A DNA stretch of 64,000 bases, taken from NCBI GenBank assembly GCA_963665295.1, contig OY762209.1:2176001-2240000 (forward strand). The letters run 5' to 3'. This stretch comes from Syntrophorhabdaceae bacterium (lineage in GTDB: Bacteria; Desulfobacterota; Syntrophorhabdia; Syntrophorhabdales; Syntrophorhabdaceae). A program made the position numbers and the translations under genes. Positions 17,916 through 28,700 of the stretch are shown piece after piece. The notes below the pieces were generated by a model. The model was not told the DNA's origin. It made no database searches and worked only from the letters and a program-made list of their open reading frames with translations. Positions within the stretch are counted from its first letter, which is position 1. Each line of letters opens with the position of its first letter.

Positions 17916-20660
17916 ATGATGCCCCCGCGCAGTTCAGGCTCAGGGCGCGACGATGCGCTGAATGAAGGGGCGGGCGAGGACCCTTGCACGAAGGAGGGAA
18001 GGGGCGGGTCCCTCACGGACATGGCAGGCCTTGCGAGTCCGGAGAAGAGACCGGATAGACACGGGGAAGATCTCGAAGAGTTGAGTGAGGTCCGCATAAC
18101 GGAGTTGCGGGCGGCCGTTCTACGGCTCCGGCAAGAGATCGCCGAACATGAGCGGGCGGAGGAGATGCTCCGGGAAAGGGAACAGAGGTATCGCGGCATG
18201 TTCGAGAATGCCGTGGAGGGCATATTTCAGACCACGCCGGAAGGTCATTTTCTGAGTGCCAACCCGGCCCTCGCCAGGATGTACGGTTTTGAGACCCCCG
18301 AAGAACTGATAGCGGCTGTCGGTGACATAAAGCACGACATGTACGTCGACCCCGTTGACCGGGAAAGGCTCAAAGGGCTTTACGAAAAGCGGAGCATGGT
18401 ATCGGGTTTCCAGACCAGGCTCTACCGCCGGGACAGGAGCATATTGTGGGTTTCCATGAATGCCAGGGCAGTGAGAAACGCCCAAGGCGCCATCGAATAC
18501 TACGAGGGCACTGTCGAAGACATTACCCACCGAAAAGCTGCCGAGGAAGCGGTCAGGAAAAGCGAGGCCAAATTCAGGACTCTTTTTGAGAATGCCAATG
18601 ATGCCATATTCCTCATCAGGGATGACATATTTGTGGACTGCAACTCCAAGACCCTCGACGTGTTTCATTGCACCCGCGATCAGATCATCGGCAAACCTCC
18701 CTATGTGTTCTCGCCGCCTCTCCAACCCGATGGCCGGGATTCAAAAGAAAAGGCCCTCGAAAAGATATGCACCTCTCTTACGGGTCACCCCCAGTTCTTT
18801 GAATGGAAACACCGCCGATATGACGGGACCCTTTTCGACGCCGAGGTGGGCCTCAATGCCCTGGAACTGGGCGGCGAGGTAGTCGTCCAGGCTATTGTCC
18901 GGGATGTTACGGGCCGCAAGGAGATGGAAGAAAGCCTTCAGTCGCGGCAGGAGGAGTTGACTGCCATATACGAGAATGCGCCCCTCATCATGCTCCTTGT
19001 GGACGGCGAACGACGCGTGTGCAAGACGAACAGGCATACGGAGGACTTCGTCAGGGCCTCCTCGACGGCTCTTGCGGGCCGCCGGGCCGGCGAAGCGCTG
19101 GGTTGCGTCCATGCCCTGGAAGACCCGCGTGGTTGCGGCTTCGGGACGTTCTGCGTCCAATGCCCCGTGCGGCGTGCTATTACGGAGACATTCGAAACGG
19201 GTCGCAGTTTTTATCAGATAGAGGTGTACCTGCAAACCACCGTTGAAGGCGAAGCCCGGGAAGCGGCTGCCCTTGTTTCTACGGTGCGGCTCAATGTCCG
19301 TGAAGAACCGATGGTTCTCGTGACGATCCAGAACATCACGGAGAGGAAACTGGCAGAGCAAAAGCTGGAAAGGACGAACAAGAGGCTTGAAAACATCATC
19401 GAGTTTCTTCCCGACGCAACCTTCATCGTCAACAAGGATAAGAAGATAGTGGCGTGGAACCGCGCCATAGAGGCAATGACGGGGGTGTTCAAAGAGGACA
19501 TCCTGGGGAAAGACCACGGCGAGGCGGCGGTCCCTTTCTACGGGGAACCGGGATCCCTCATCATGGACCTCATCGACTCGGGGGCGGGTGAGTTGGAAGG
19601 ACGATATGATTTTGTGGAGCGAAAAGACGGTGTAATCTATGCCGAGGTATTTTCGCCTGTCCTCTATGGCGGCAGGGGGGCTTATATCTGGGTTACCGCT
19701 TCCGCCCTTCCCGATGCGGACGGGGACGCGACAGGCACCATAGAGTCGATTCGTGATATTACCGAAAGGAAGAGGGCGGAAGAAGCGGTAAAGGAGAACG
19801 AGCGGAAATACAGGACCCTTTTTGAAAACGCCAATGACGCTATAATCCTCCTGAAGGAGGATGTGATGGTGGACTGCAATTCCAGGGCTGCGGACATGTT
19901 CCGGTGCGCGAAGAACGAGTTGATCGGGACAACCCCGTACCGGTTCTTCTCTGCCCTTCAGCCTGATGGAAGGGATTCAAGGCAGAGCGGGGCAAAGAGG
20001 ATACGCGCCGCCCTTGGAGGAAACCCGCAGTCTTTTGAATGGAAGCACCTGCGTCACGACGGGACCCCTTTCGATGCGGAGGTGAGCCTCAATGCGGTAG
20101 AATTGGGCGAGGGAGTGTTCCTCCAGGCAATCATCAGGGACATTACGGAGCGCAAGCAGATGGAAGAGAAGCTCCACACCATGTCGGTCGTGGATGAGCT
20201 TACGGGCCTGTTCAACAGGCGGGGGTTCCTCACCATGTCCCAGCAGCAACTGAGCCTTGCGGAAAGGACGAAGGAAACGATGGTCCTCTTCTTTATCGAC
20301 CTTGACGGCATGAAATGGATCAATGATACCCTGGGCCACCGCGAGGGGGATAAGGCATTGATCGAGGTGGCGGAAATCCTCAGGGACACCTTCAGAAAGT
20401 CGGACATTGCAGGCCGCATGGGCGGGGATGAATTCGCGGTCCTTGCGATAGACGGGACCGGCGGAGAAAAGGAAGCCCTCCGGCGCCTGCGTGAATCCGT
20501 CGACACCCGGAACGGGACCGGACCAAGGAGGTACAACCTCTCGTTGAGCGTGGGGCTGGCCTGCTTTGACCCGCAATCTCCCGTGCCCCTCGACGACCTT
20601 ATCTCGAAGGCCGACATCCTCATGTATGAGGAAAAAAGGGCTAAATATCGCGGTAAATGA
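17916..20660 (+). CDS. Multi-PAS diguanylate cyclase (start uncertain)
   Basis: About five PAS/PAC units (xDITERK ends); DELTGLFNRR; RKSD I-site; GGDEF. Confidence 0.93.
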   Translation: MMPPRSSGSGRDDALNEGAGEDPCTKEGRGGSLTDMAGLASPEKRPDRHGEDLEELSEVRITELRAAVLRLRQEIAEHERAEEMLREREQRYRGMFENAVEGIFQTTPEGHFLSANPALARMYGFETPEELIAAVGDIKHDMYVDPVDRERLKGLYEKRSMVSGFQTRLYRRDRSILWVSMNARAVRNAQGAIEYYEGTVEDITHRKAAEEAVRKSEAKFRTLFENANDAIFLIRDDIFVDCNSKTLDVFHCTRDQIIGKPPYVFSPPLQPDGRDSKEKALEKICTSLTGHPQFFEWKHRRYDGTLFDAEVGLNALELGGEVVVQAIVRDVTGRKEMEESLQSRQEELTAIYENAPLIMLLVDGERRVCKTNRHTEDFVRASSTALAGRRAGEALGCVHALEDPRGCGFGTFCVQCPVRRAITETFETGRSFYQIEVYLQTTVEGEAREAAALVSTVRLNVREEPMVLVTIQNITERKLAEQKLERTNKRLENIIEFLPDATFIVNKDKKIVAWNRAIEAMTGVFKEDILGKDHGEAAVPFYGEPGSLIMDLIDSGAGELEGRYDFVERKDGVIYAEVFSPVLYGGRGAYIWVTASALPDADGDATGTIESIRDITERKRAEEAVKENERKYRTLFENANDAIILLKEDVMVDCNSRAADMFRCAKNELIGTTPYRFFSALQPDGRDSRQSGAKRIRAALGGNPQSFEWKHLRHDGTPFDAEVSLNAVELGEGVFLQAIIRDITERKQMEEKLHTMSVVDELTGLFNRRGFLTMSQQQLSLAERTKETMVLFFIDLDGMKWINDTLGHREGDKALIEVAEILRDTFRKSDIAGRMGGDEFAVLAIDGTGGEKEALRRLRESVDTRNGTGPRRYNLSLSVGLACFDPQSPVPLDDLISKADILMYEEKRAKYRGK

Positions 20661-20823
20661 CCAGCTGTGTCGCTTCAGGAAGGCTCGGGAAGACCCTGAT
20701 TGACAGAAACGGAAGAAATGAGGTAACGTACGGAAGCCGGAAGCAAGGGGGCCGTCAGACGGCTTCCAGGCGGCGGCCGGGCTTATCATCGCGAATAGCC
20801 GGGCCGGGGCACGGAGATATTCA

Positions 20824-21330
20824 TTGAAGAAACAGTGCTGTATCATCCTATGCATTCTTGCTTTGTTCTCCTGCGCGCGGAACCTGGCAGCGGAGAACCC
20901 CGTATTCGTGGGCTTTCTTGAGAAGATTTCGGTGCTGGAGGCGGAGCTTAAGCTGTTCGATGCGGAGATTACCCGTGCGGCGTACACCTCGCCTTCCAGG
21001 TACCGGTATTTTTCCCGCGTAGTGTCCATCGGGGGGAGAGACACGATTACGTGCATGCTCTATGTGTCGCCTTCGATCCTGAAGATTGCGCTCCCCGAGA
21101 GGAAAAAGCGGCTTGCCGAACTTTGCAGCAACCTTTTCGAAGACTATCAGAACAAGTTCTGGATGACGGAGACGGAGTCCAGGAAGATCCCCGGAGAGAT
21201 AGGGATGCCGTTGATGAGGATGAAATCCTGCAATGTGGACATGTACATATATACCGAGTATCCGCAGCCCCGGCTCCTGTCCACATGGGGATGCGGCATT
21301 ATGAAGTATAAGAAGGATTTTCTGAAGTAA
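20824..21330 (+). CDS. Secreted hypothetical protein
   Basis: TTG start after GGAG; signal-peptide-like N-terminus. Confidence 0.55.
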   Translation: MKKQCCIILCILALFSCARNLAAENPVFVGFLEKISVLEAELKLFDAEITRAAYTSPSRYRYFSRVVSIGGRDTITCMLYVSPSILKIALPERKKRLAELCSNLFEDYQNKFWMTETESRKIPGEIGMPLMRMKSCNVDMYIYTEYPQPRLLSTWGCGIMKYKKDFLK

Positions 21331-21557
21331 TGGGTTGAGGATGACCGGCGCTCTTTGCACGGGCGGCGGCGGTTTTCGGGATGAAGCAGGTCTGCCCCTT
21401 TGTTTGGCGGACCGGGCTGATTATTGTTTCTTGACATTTCCGTTGATATTCCAATAATATTTATTAGTCGGGCAGCGAATGGCCGGATGGTGCCGCGGGG
21501 AATAAGGATGGAATCCGGGTCCCGTGGAAATCAACACTGGAACAGGTGGATATCAAT

Positions 21558-22448
21558 ATGACAGTATTCTTTCGAAGATTGCCCAAATTCGAGTACCTTT
21601 CACCGAAGAGCATGGACGAGGCTCAGGCGGTCCTGAGCGTGAGGCAGGGCGCCGCCGCCCTCCTTGCCGGAGGCACGGACCTCATCCCCCAGTTGAAGCG
21701 GCGTGGGATCGACACGCCTGAGGTCCTGGTCGACCTTAAGAACATACCCGGTCTCGACGTCCTCTCTTACGACGAGAAAGGCGGGCTCAGCATCGGCCCC
21801 CTTGCCACCATCAGTGCGGTGGCCCATTCCCCCTTTGTTCAGGAGCGTTTCTCCGCGCTGGCCCTTGCCGCATCGAGCATGGCCTCTCCCCAGGTGAGAA
21901 ACCGGGGGACCATAGGGGGGAACATCTGTAACGCGGTTCCTTCGGCAGATAGCGCCCCGGCGCTTCTCGCCCTTGGCGCGTCGGTTACCCTCAGGGGGTC
22001 CGGAGGGGAGAGGATAGTCCCCATGGACCGGTTTTTCACCGGTCCCCGGAAGACGGTTCTCGAAAAGGATGAATTGCTCAGCGGGATATCCATCCCTTGC
22101 CCCGACCGGTTTGCCCGCGGCATATACCTCAAGCTTTCCCCCCGTCACTCCATGGACCTCGCCATAGTGGGCGTCGCGGCAGTAGGGAGTCTTGAAGACG
22201 GCATATGCAAGGATGTAAAGATCGCCCTCGGTGCGGTGGCCCCCACTCCGGTAAGAGCCCTCACAGCCGAAGCGATCCTTAAGGGGCAAAAGGTAACGGC
22301 CGGACTTATCGAAGAGGCGGCGAGAAACGCCCTTAACCTGTGCAGTCCCATAGATGATCACCGGGCGTCCAGGGAATACCGTTGCGACATGGTATATGTG
22401 ATGGCGCGGAGGGCGCTCAGGCGGATTTTTCTCGCAGGGGAGGCATAA
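21558..22448 (+). CDS. Xanthine-dehydrogenase-family FAD-binding subunit (CoxM/CutM-like)
   Basis: AGGTDL, RNRGTIGGNICNA.PSAD, GAVAPTP, DDHRASREYR. Confidence 0.93.
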   Translation: MTVFFRRLPKFEYLSPKSMDEAQAVLSVRQGAAALLAGGTDLIPQLKRRGIDTPEVLVDLKNIPGLDVLSYDEKGGLSIGPLATISAVAHSPFVQERFSALALAASSMASPQVRNRGTIGGNICNAVPSADSAPALLALGASVTLRGSGGERIVPMDRFFTGPRKTVLEKDELLSGISIPCPDRFARGIYLKLSPRHSMDLAIVGVAAVGSLEDGICKDVKIALGAVAPTPVRALTAEAILKGQKVTAGLIEEAARNALNLCSPIDDHRASREYRCDMVYVMARRALRRIFLAGEA

Positions 22449-22454
22449 CACAAT

Positions 22455-22958
22455 ATGAAACGGATAACATTCACGGTAAACGACACGCCCTATGAGATTG
22501 AAGTGCGACCGTGGGCCGCGCTCCTTGACGTGATAAGAGAGGACCTGGGCCTCACCGGCACAAAAGAGGGATGCGGAGAAGGCGAATGCGGGGCCTGCAC
22601 CGTCATTATGGACGGCAAGACGGTAAATGCCTGCCTGATTCTCGCGGCCGAGGCGGATCACACTCACATTACCACCATCGAAGGGCTCGCAAAGGGCGGA
22701 GATCTCCATCCCATACAGGAAGCATTCGTGGAAACAGGCGGTTTGCAGTGCGGGTTCTGTACCCCCGGAATGATCCTCTCCGCAAAGGTGCTCCTCGACG
22801 TCAATCCCGCGCCCACGGACCAGGAGATAAGGGAAGCCCTGGCAGGGAACTTCTGCCGCTGCACAGGCTATACGAAGATATTTGAATCGGTGAGGGTAGC
22901 CTCCCGGAAGATGCAAAGCACCAGCGAACATGGTTCGCGCGAAGGGGAGGCTCCATGA
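22455..22958 (+). CDS. Xanthine-dehydrogenase-family 2x[2Fe-2S] subunit (CoxS-like)
   Basis: GCGEGECGAC...C and QCGFCTPG...CRCTGY. Confidence 0.95.
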   Translation: MKRITFTVNDTPYEIEVRPWAALLDVIREDLGLTGTKEGCGEGECGACTVIMDGKTVNACLILAAEADHTHITTIEGLAKGGDLHPIQEAFVETGGLQCGFCTPGMILSAKVLLDVNPAPTDQEIREALAGNFCRCTGYTKIFESVRVASRKMQSTSEHGSREGEAP

Positions 22959-23028
22959 ACTTTGCTCGCGGAGGGGGCGACGTGAGCCCCGGAGTCCAAG
23001 TATTACCTAAACTTAAGGGTGTGAATAT

Positions 23029-25344
23029 ATGAGTGACTATGCGGTAATAGGAAAACGGTTGCCCCGGGTGGATGCGAGGGAAAAGGTAATGGGCCAGGCA
23101 AAGTACGCGGCGGATTATTCGTTGCCCGGCATGCTCTGGTGCAAGGTCGCAAGGGCCCCTTACCCGCATGCGAGGATTCTCAATATCGATACGAGCCGCG
23201 CCGAGAGGCTTCCCGGCGTGAAAGCGGTGGTGACGGCCAAGGACTTCGGCGGCTGGACATGGGGTTTCATGGCGAATACCCGTGATGAATCTCCTCTGGC
23301 TTCGGACAAGGTCCGCTACATCCATGAGGCAGTGGCAGGTGTCGCCGCAATAGATGAAGATATCGCGGAAGAGGCCTGCGGCCTTATCAAGGTCGATTAC
23401 GAGGAACTCCCCGGCGTGTTTGACCCGGAAGAGGCGATGAAGGAGGGCGCCCCTGTAATCCACAATTACCGCCCTAACAACGTAAGCGTCGAATACCACT
23501 GGAACTTCGGGGATGTGGAGAAGGCCTTCGCCGACTCCTATATAGTCCGTGAAGACAGGTTCGAGACAGGGAAGGTTATTGTGGGCTTCCTGGAACCGCC
23601 CGCATCGCTGGCCTACTATGACCCTGCCGGGTATATCACGGTCTGGCCCGCGAAGCAGAGCCCCTATTTCCACTATCGCCATATCGCCGCATGTTTCAAC
23701 CTGCCCCTTTCGAGGGTAAGGGTTATCCAGCCTTTTATAGGCGGCGGGTTCGGCGGTACGAAGAACGATACGGTGGCAGGCGACCTGTGCGCCCTCATGG
23801 CATCCAAAAAGACGGGCAAACCCGTGAAATTTGTCTATGCCATGGAAGAGGTGCTCACCACGTGCCGCAGAAGGCATAATATGGTGGTCTACAACAAGAT
23901 GGGGGCCACCAGGGAGGGCATCCTCACCGCGGTCGAGACGAAGGTCGTGGCCAACGGAGGGGCATATACCGCCATAGGTCCTCTCACCATGTACCTCGCC
24001 GGTTTTGCGGGAACCCTTCCTTACAAGCTCCCCAACTACAAGTATGACGGGTACAGGGTCTTCACGAATAACCCCGTATCCGCGGCAATGAGAGGACACG
24101 GCATCACCCATACCCGGTTTGCTTCGGAAATCCAGATGGAGATGATCGCCGAGGAACTCGACATCGACCCTGTGGAAATACGCATGAGGAACGTGATCGA
24201 CAACCCCCGTCCCGGTGAGACATATCGCACCATCAATGACGTGAGCCTGAAGACATGCGGGCTCAGGGAGGCGATAGATGCGGCCGTCCGCGATCCCTTA
24301 TGGGCGGACAAGGATAAGGGGCCGAGACGGGAAGGGGCCCGGTCGTATGGCGTGGGTATGTCGGGGACGTCGTACCTCGGAGGGGCGAGACAACTGGGTC
24401 ACCAGTCATGCGGCGCCATCGTCAGGATCTGCGAAGACGGCACGGTGAACCTCCTCACGGGCGCTACCGACTGCGGCCAGGGATCGGATACGGTACTCTC
24501 CATGATTGCCGCCGAGGAGCTCGGGGTGAAATATGAAGACGTTTCCCTCAAGCGTGTCGATACCGCATATACGCCCGTCGATCCGGGAAGTTACGGGAGC
24601 AGGGTCACTGCCCTCGCGGGTCAGGCCACGAGCAAGGCGGCCCTTGACGCAAAACGGCAGCTTCTCGATGCAGGGGCAAAGGCATGGAACGTAAAACCCG
24701 AGGACATAGAGATCAGGGACAGCGTCGCATTCCTGAAAGAGAATCCGGAAAAGAGGATGTCCTTCGAGAAGCTCGCGAAGATCGCGAGTTACGAAGGGTC
24801 GGGGGCGGTCGTGATCGGCCGGGGCTATTCAGGCTATGGGATAGAACCCCTGGACTTCACTGCCGGGACCGGCAATGGAGGCACCTCGTACAGTTTTACC
24901 GCCCAGACGGTCCGCCTGGGGGTCGATATGGAAACGGGCAAGGTGGATGTTACGGACTTTACCATCGCCCACGACTGCGGAAGGCCGCTCCACCCCGTGA
25001 GCGTGGAGGCGCAGAACGAGGGCGGGGCCATTCAGGGGCTCGGCCAGGCGATCTATGAGGAATTCATCATGGATAAGGGGCGGACCCTGAACGATACCTT
25101 CCTTGACTACAAGATGCCCCGGTCCACCGACGTGCCCGGCGTAAAGGTAATCGATATCATCACCGATGACCCGGACGGTCCCTTCGGCGCGAAAGAGGCA
25201 TCGGAAGGCAGCCACGTGAGCGCTCCCCCCGCGGTGGTCATAGCCCTCCACGACGCAACGGGTGTCTGGTTTAAGGAACTGCCCGTGACGCCGGAAAAGA
25301 TCGTGAAGGCCCTCAAGGAAAAAGGGGAGTGGATGAAGGAATGA
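23029..25344 (+). CDS. Molybdopterin-binding large subunit, 4-hydroxybenzoyl-CoA reductase alpha (HcrA)-like
   Basis: IGGGFGG, AMRGHG, GQGSDT, GSYGSR, GPFGAKEASEG. Confidence 0.85.
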   Translation: MSDYAVIGKRLPRVDAREKVMGQAKYAADYSLPGMLWCKVARAPYPHARILNIDTSRAERLPGVKAVVTAKDFGGWTWGFMANTRDESPLASDKVRYIHEAVAGVAAIDEDIAEEACGLIKVDYEELPGVFDPEEAMKEGAPVIHNYRPNNVSVEYHWNFGDVEKAFADSYIVREDRFETGKVIVGFLEPPASLAYYDPAGYITVWPAKQSPYFHYRHIAACFNLPLSRVRVIQPFIGGGFGGTKNDTVAGDLCALMASKKTGKPVKFVYAMEEVLTTCRRRHNMVVYNKMGATREGILTAVETKVVANGGAYTAIGPLTMYLAGFAGTLPYKLPNYKYDGYRVFTNNPVSAAMRGHGITHTRFASEIQMEMIAEELDIDPVEIRMRNVIDNPRPGETYRTINDVSLKTCGLREAIDAAVRDPLWADKDKGPRREGARSYGVGMSGTSYLGGARQLGHQSCGAIVRICEDGTVNLLTGATDCGQGSDTVLSMIAAEELGVKYEDVSLKRVDTAYTPVDPGSYGSRVTALAGQATSKAALDAKRQLLDAGAKAWNVKPEDIEIRDSVAFLKENPEKRMSFEKLAKIASYEGSGAVVIGRGYSGYGIEPLDFTAGTGNGGTSYSFTAQTVRLGVDMETGKVDVTDFTIAHDCGRPLHPVSVEAQNEGGAIQGLGQAIYEEFIMDKGRTLNDTFLDYKMPRSTDVPGVKVIDIITDDPDGPFGAKEASEGSHVSAPPAVVIALHDATGVWFKELPVTPEKIVKALKEKGEWMKE

Positions 25345-25363
25345 GGTGTCCGGAGGGCCAGGC

Positions 25364-25642
25364 ATGCGCATCCACATAAAGACCACGGTAAACGTACCGG
25401 AGATACCGGTTGAAGTGCAACTCGACGCAGGCACGCTCAATGACGTGCTTGCGAAAGTATTCGGCAACGTCCATTTCGCGAAAGAAGTGACGGACCCTGC
25501 CACCGGAGAGATGAAATTCGACGGCGTCTTCGAAGTGCGCCTCAACGACGAACCCTACTACGGTCTCCCCCGGGGCCTCAACACCGAGCTCCACGACGGT
25601 GACACCATAGCCCTGTCCTTCATCCTGCTGGGTGGCGGATAG
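25364..25642 (+). CDS. MoaD/ThiS-family sulfur carrier
   Basis: Ubiquitin-like size; ends LHDGDTIALSFILLGGG; follows the Mo-enzyme genes. Confidence 0.8.
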   Translation: MRIHIKTTVNVPEIPVEVQLDAGTLNDVLAKVFGNVHFAKEVTDPATGEMKFDGVFEVRLNDEPYYGLPRGLNTELHDGDTIALSFILLGGG

Positions 25643-25762
25643 GATCTCACGGAAGGCCCGCCTTGTCGTCCCGGTCGGCCTTGGGAAGACGGTTGCGGGG
25701 GTATGGTATGGGGTGCGACATTGAAGATGCGTGCGCCGATGGAACCCTTCCCCTTCCCGATC

Positions 25763-28700
25763 CTACCTCTTGAACTTCACAGTGACGCTCCGGGCTTTCG
25801 TCATGGCGACCGTGCAGGCGGTCCCCGTACATCCGGAGACCGACCAGCCCGCGACGGATGAGCCGTCATCAGGGACGGCGGTAAGGGTTACGCCCGTGTT
25901 GTAAGGAAGTGAAGTCCTGCAACTCCCCGTGGAACCGGATGAGCAGTTGATGTCCCCCACGTCGCTTGTCACTATGCCCGATCCCTTGCTTACGGACGTG
26001 TTCTTTACGGTAAGGGTCTGGGGTCCCGTGAAAGTGGCCTTTACCGTCTTTGTCGCACTCATGGTAACGGTGCAGGAAGTGTCCGAAAAAGAAACGCAGC
26101 CGGACCAACCCGTGAACACCGAATCGGCGCCGGGGTTTGCGAAGAGGGTTACCTCGGTATTGTAGGTGAAGGACCCCTTGCAGGAACCGGATGAGCAGTT
26201 GATGCCCCCGGGGTAGCTCGTTACCGTACCTGAACCCTTGCTTACCGAAGTGTTCTTCACATTGAGGATCTGGGGCCCGATGAAGGTTGCTTTTACGACC
26301 TTTGCCCTGTCCATGATAATCGTGCAGGTAGTACCCGGGAAAGAGGCGCAGCCCGACCAGGAAGCGAAGATGGAGCCTGCGCCGGCGCTTGCCGTGAGGG
26401 TTACCTGGGTGCCCGTGGCATAGAAAGTCGAGCAGGTACTCCCGCACACGATGCCGTCAGGGGAGCTGGTGACCGTCCCGTCCCCGTTGTTCTGCCTTAC
26501 CCGGGTGACGGTGAGTTTTACGGGGTTGGCAATGACGAAGGTGGCAGTCACAGACTTTGCCTTGTCCATGGTAACGTTACAGGTGTTGCCCGACGAGGAG
26601 TCGCAGCCGGTCCATGATTTGAAGACAGAGCCTGTTGCAGCCGCTGCGTTGAGGGTTACGGAACTGCCTGCCGCGAAGGAAGCGGAGCAGGTGCTCCCGC
26701 AGTCTATGCCGTCGGGAGAGCTTACGATGGCGCCCGTGCCGGTGCCTGATCGGGCGACGTAAAGGGTGCAGCCGGAGGTGCACGGCTGGGATTGGATGAT
26801 GTTACCATAATCTCCCACTGCCACGAAAGCTCCGTTGCCGAACGCAACTCCCTTGAGCGCCCCCTCCTTGACCGGGAGTGCCCACTGGGTCCACGTAATG
26901 CCGTCGGACGAGGAGATGACGATGGGGAGATCCTTTTTGTAATAATACCCTACTACCACGAAAGCCCCGTTGCCGTAAGTGACGCCATAGAGCGTATAGT
27001 CGCTCGTGGCTGTCCTCTGGACCCATTTGATGCCGTCGGTTGAGGTGAATACATTGGCGCCGGTCGCCACGAAAGTCCCGTTGCCGTACGTGACGCCATA
27101 CAGCTTATTGCCGGTCCTCCTGGTCCATGCGGTGCCGTCAGGTGAAGTGAATGTGGAAGTACCGACCGATACGAAAGTCCCGTTGCCGTACGTGACGCCA
27201 TAGAGCGCCCCGGTTTGGACCGGCAGCGCCCCCAGGGTCCACGTGGCGCCGTCGGATGAGAAGAGGACGACGGCGGTGGTCGTGGTCGTATTGGTATAAC
27301 TATACCCTACTGCCACGAAAGTGCCGTTGCCGTACGTGACGCCGGTCAAGACCGTGTCTTGGACCGGCGCCGTCCCCTTGGTCCACGTGATGCCGTCGGA
27401 CGAGGAAAGGACAATGGCGGTGTAATCGCTCCATGTATTGGTACAACTATACCCCACTGCCACGAAAGTCCCGTTGCCGTAGGCGATGCCGCTGAGCTGG
27501 TTGACATGTTGGGGGGCATAGGGCTGCGTCCCCTCGGTCCACGTGATACCGTCGGACGAGGTGAGTAAAGCAGGGGGATTATAGGCAAAAGTGGACATTC
27601 CCACCACCACGAAGATGTCGTTGCCATAGGTAATTCCGGAGAATGATCCGTTCTGGGAGGCTGACGTCCTCCGGGTCCATGCGACACCGTCGGGTGAAGT
27701 GAATATGGGAACAGGGGCAGTGAAGCCCATATTGACATGTCCCACTGTTACGAAAATACCGTTGCCGTAGGTGACGCCACTAAGTTCTCCCGCGTGACCC
27801 GGCAGTACGGCCTGTGCCCATGTGACGCCGTCCGGGGATGAGAATGCAACGGCTTCAAACCCATAATAGGTGTCACCCCCCACTGTTACGAAAATACCGT
27901 TGCCGTAGGTGACGCTACGGAGCGTGCCGACCTGGCTCGGCAGCGTCCCCTGGGTCCACGTGACCCCATTGGGGGAGGTGAATATGGTGGGAACAGACTT
28001 GGTGTTTCCAGCGTTATAATTATATCCGGCTGCCACGAAAAGCCCGCTGCCGTATGTGACGCTGCTGATCCCCTTGAGTTGCTCCCCGCCGGTTTGAGGC
28101 GGCACCGTCTGCGAGGTCCACGTGACCCCATCGGGTGAGGTGATAATGGCGGGTTCTTCGTATATCCATGTACGAATGGTACGATCACACCCCACCGCCA
28201 CGAAGGTTCCGTTACCGTAACCGACGCCGAAAAGCCCTTGGTTCCGGTCCGGCGGGGTCCTCCGGGTCCATGTGACCCCATCGGGAGAAGTGAGGGCGAC
28301 GGGGACTAAGATTGAAAATGTATCATCGGTGTAATAATACCCCACCGCCACGAAGGTTCCGTTACCGTAGACCACGCCGTGGAGTCCGCTTAAGCGATCC
28401 GCCGCCATCGGCACAACCCTCCGGGTCCATGTGACTCCATCGGGCGAGGTGAGAATTGTGGGTGCGGATATGTAGTCTTCGTTGGTAGCGGACGATCCCA
28501 CGGCCACGAAAAGTCCATTTCCGTAGGTCACGTCGTTGAGAAGGGGGGATGTCTTCCCGACCTGCTCCGGCAGCGCCTGCTGGGTCCATATGGCGCCATC
28601 GGGGGAGGTGTATATAGGGCAGGAGCCGCCGACGGTGGCTTCTCCCACTGCCACGAAGACTCCGTCGCCGTGGGCGATGCTGTTAAAACTGACCTCCCCG

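Noticed and set aside
20670..20685. Extra CTTCAGGAAGG match to the start of the 117/1827 repeat (also near position 25)
   Set aside because: Only 11-12 bp with no extension; could be chance
21558..25344. Aerobic CO dehydrogenase (coxMSL gene order)
   Set aside because: The active-site loop is AMRGHG, not the VAYRCSFR of Mo-Cu CODH
26790..28700. Regular ~150-bp DNA repeats (CCGTTGCCGTA...GGTCCACGTGA)
   Set aside because: Fully explained by the protein-level beta-propeller blade repeats
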